From NCBI GenBank assembly GCA_963737635.1, contig CAVTTL010000001.1:1824001-1888000 (forward strand): 64,000 bases of DNA. The letters are read 5' to 3'. Origin of the DNA: an uncultured Methanoregulaceae archaeon. GTDB lineage: Archaea; Halobacteriota; Methanomicrobia; Methanomicrobiales; Methanospirillaceae. Below the pieces are notes generated by a model. It worked only from the letters and a program-made list of their open reading frames with translations, searched no databases and was not told the DNA's origin. A program made the translations under genes and the position numbers. The number at the start of each line of letters is the position of its first letter. The stretch's first letter is position 1. Positions 61,984-64,000 of this stretch are shown here, one piece after another.

Positions 61984-63499
61984 TCCTCACAGAGTCTACT
62001 TCCCGCTTATCCGGATACAGCACCGGAAAGGCACGGGAAGGGTTCCGGTCATCTGCCGTGATGCGGCCGGCCGAGATCCGGATGAACCGGTCCCCGCACG
62101 CCATCCCAAACGCTTCATCATGGGTCGCCACAATGACTGTTTTTTCTGCCGCGCACAAACTGCGGAGAAGACCGGTAAGCAGGTCTTTTAGACTCTGATC
62201 GAGGCCGAATGTGGGTTCATCAAGGACGACGATCGGCGTGTCCATCGCGAGAATACTGGCGAGCGCCACTCTCTGTTTTTCCCCGCCAGATAAGCTGAGT
62301 GGCGGTGTAGACAGATCGATGTGACCGAGCGAACACTGGTTTCGCATCTCCACAACGATCTTCTCAATCTCGTCATGTGTCTTGCCGATATTCTTGGGAC
62401 CGAACGCGAGTTCTTCAGTAATCGTGCTCTCGAAGAGCTGGTAATCTGCGTGCTGGTTGAGCAGACCGACGCTGTGCGCGATGGCGGCGACGGTCTTTGT
62501 AGTGAGAGGTTCCGGACCGAGAAGGATAACCCCCCGGTCCGGGCGAAGAAGACCGTTGCAGTGCTTGAGAAGGGTCGTCTTTCCCGACCCATTTGCGCCG
62601 GAAATGACGGTTATCTCGCCGGGATAGAAATTGAGGGTAATCCCGTCGAGGGCCGGGGCCTGTACCTCCGGGTACTGGTAAGAAACCTCCTGAAATGAGA
62701 GGGATGGGACGCGTGCCTGCCTGTCTGAATGAACGGTAATACTGTCAAGTTCCGGGACAGGAGAACCTGCCGGAACAGCTGCAGGGAGACCTCGTTTCCG
62801 GTCCGCTATGATGATCCCTCCCTCCATGACGATCTGGCGATCCGTTTGCGGCAGCAGGCAGGCAGTGCGGTGCTCAAAAACGATGATCGTAGTTCCACGG
62901 ACTGAGCTGAGTTCTTCAAAGATGTCTGCGAGATTCCGTGCAGCTGCAGCATCGATCCCGGAGAAAGGTTCGTCCATTACCAGGAGAGACGGCTGCAGGG
63001 CTATGACCGAGGCGATTGCTACGCGCTGGCGTTCGCCCCAGGAAAGGTCACTGGTGGACCGACCCAGAAGGTGCCCGATGCGAAAGAGTGCCGCGGTCTC
63101 ATCGATCCTCCTGTGGATCTCCTGTTCCGGCAGGTTGTTGCACTCAAGCCCGAACGCGATCTCGCTCTCGACATCTCCCGCGACCAGCTGATACCCGGGG
63201 TCCTGGAATACCATACCGACGTGCCGGGCGAAATCCGGGGTATCGTACTCTTTGGTATTCATCCCGGCGACGATCACCTCGCCGTCCATGAAGCCTTTTG
63301 TCGCGTGGGGGATAAGCCCGTTCAGGCACCGGGCAAGCGTGGATTTCCCGGAACCGCTCTGCCCGGTAACCAGGACCAATTCGCCGGGCTGGATCGTGAG
63401 ATTGATCTGGTTCAGGGCGGTAACCTGCCTTCCCGACAGGGTTGTGGGATACCGGAACGACAGGTCCCGGATAAGGACGGCCGGATCAAGGCTCGTCGT
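61961..63499 (-). CDS. ecfA: ECF transporter fused double ATPase (A-A'), apparent ACG start
   Basis: Two Walker A (GQSGSGKS, GANGSGKT), FQDP/NQHA, LSWGE/LSGGE, DEP; frame stays open 40 codons above the ORF-track start, up to ACG at 63499. Confidence 0.88.
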   Translation of the reverse strand, partial: TTSLDPAVLIRDLSFRYPTTLSGRQVTALNQINLTIQPGELVLVTGQSGSGKSTLARCLNGLIPHATKGFMDGEVIVAGMNTKEYDTPDFARHVGMVFQDPGYQLVAGDVESEIAFGLECNNLPEQEIHRRIDETAALFRIGHLLGRSTSDLSWGERQRVAIASVIALQPSLLVMDEPFSGIDAAAARNLADIFEELSSVRGTTIIVFEHRTACLLPQTDRQIVMEGGIIIADRKRGLPAAVPAGSPVPELDSITVHSDRQARVPSLSFQEVSYQYPEVQAPALDGITLNFYPGEITVISGANGSGKTTLLKHCNGLLRPDRGVILLGPEPLTTKTVAAIAHSVGLLNQHADYQLFESTITEELAFGPKNIGKTHDEIEKIVVEMRNQCSLGHIDLSTPPLSLSGGEKQRVALASILAMDTPIVVLDEPTFGLDQSLKDLLTGLLRSLCAAEKTVIVATHDEAFGMACGDRFIRISAGRITADDRNPSRAFPVLYPDKREVDSVRSESTGES

Positions 63500-64000
63500 G
63501 GGTTATCACCCCGGCTTTTAAAAGACGGCTGAGAACCACAGCAGCAATAATACCCCCCAGACCGCCGAAGATGAAATGGGTGATGGATGCGGTGCCGATC
63601 CCGATAATAATAAAAACCGCCGGGATCCCAAGAAATGTCTGGAAAAGGTAGTTCACTACCATTTTTGCAAGGTTTCCCGCGGCCCCGGCGATAAACCCGG
63701 CTACCGGGTGGTCCAGCCGGTAGAAGAAGAAGAGCCCGGCAAGATCGATTGTTCCCGCTAAGGCCATGTAGATGAAAAGGTTGAAGATATGCAGGGTATC
63801 TGTCCCGAAGAGAGTGGCGAGGATCCCCGAAATGAATCCGATATATGTCCCGGCGCCCGGCTTTTTCACGATCCCTACACCGATAATAACCGGCACTACC
63901 CAGTAGATCCCGGTATGCCCGGGAATAGTCAGGGGAAGGGTAAAGGCCGTATTCATGACAAAAACGAGTGCGGCGCACAGCGAGAGCAGGGCAATCTCGT
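63486..64000 (-). CDS. ECF transporter S component (5' end outside window)
   Basis: Multi-TM, PLTIPGHTGIYW...KKPGAG; directly upstream of ecfA/ecfT. Confidence 0.8.
   Translation of the reverse strand, partial: EIALLSLCAALVFVMNTAFTLPLTIPGHTGIYWVVPVIIGVGIVKKPGAGTYIGFISGILATLFGTDTLHIFNLFIYMALAGTIDLAGLFFFYRLDHPVAGFIAGAAGNLAKMVVNYLFQTFLGIPAVFIIIGIGTASITHFIFGGLGGIIAAVVLSRLLKAGVITHDEP

Noticed and set aside
1-64000. CRISPR array, IS element or provirus
   Set aside because: No regularly spaced repeats, transposase, integrase or viral structural genes recognised

Overview
Chromosomal window from a methanogenic archaeon, most likely Methanomicrobiales (Methanoregula-like). The assignment is inferred from gene content (AglB, aTrm56, TFE, DUF39/NIL-ferredoxin/UPF0280 sulfur genes, archaeal AlaRS) and GGTGA/GGAGG ribosome-binding sites. 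It is mostly housekeeping: mutS 5' end, trm11, aglB, grpE-dnaK-dnaJ, purH, ilvD, a cbiT-L-F-G-H-C-D-E cobalamin block, sirC-hemA/hemB-hemL-hemC-cobA, hisH, alaS, a homocysteine/sulfide-assimilation operon, trm56-tfe, an ECF transporter, tRNA-Gly(GCC) and tRNA-Leu(GAG). Eleven single-base indels split nine genes. They are almost certainly read errors, but most sit on or beside CCGG. An accessory-looking stretch after tRNA-Gly (about 33.8-44.6 kb) holds the most unusual items: an AT-rich HNH nuclease, a stand-alone ECF S-component-like protein translationally coupled to a PAS kinase/response-regulator set, a P3A H+-ATPase, a YIP1/DacB chimeric remnant, an unannotated 27-aa histone-H1-like Lys/Ala/Pro microprotein and an orphan MrpF/G pair. 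Also notable are a 2H-phosphoesterase/metallophosphoesterase fusion, a perfect 17-bp palindrome before the homocysteine operon and an apparent ACG start codon in ecfA. No CRISPR array, transposase or integrase was seen. All family calls come from motif recognition by eye, not database searches.
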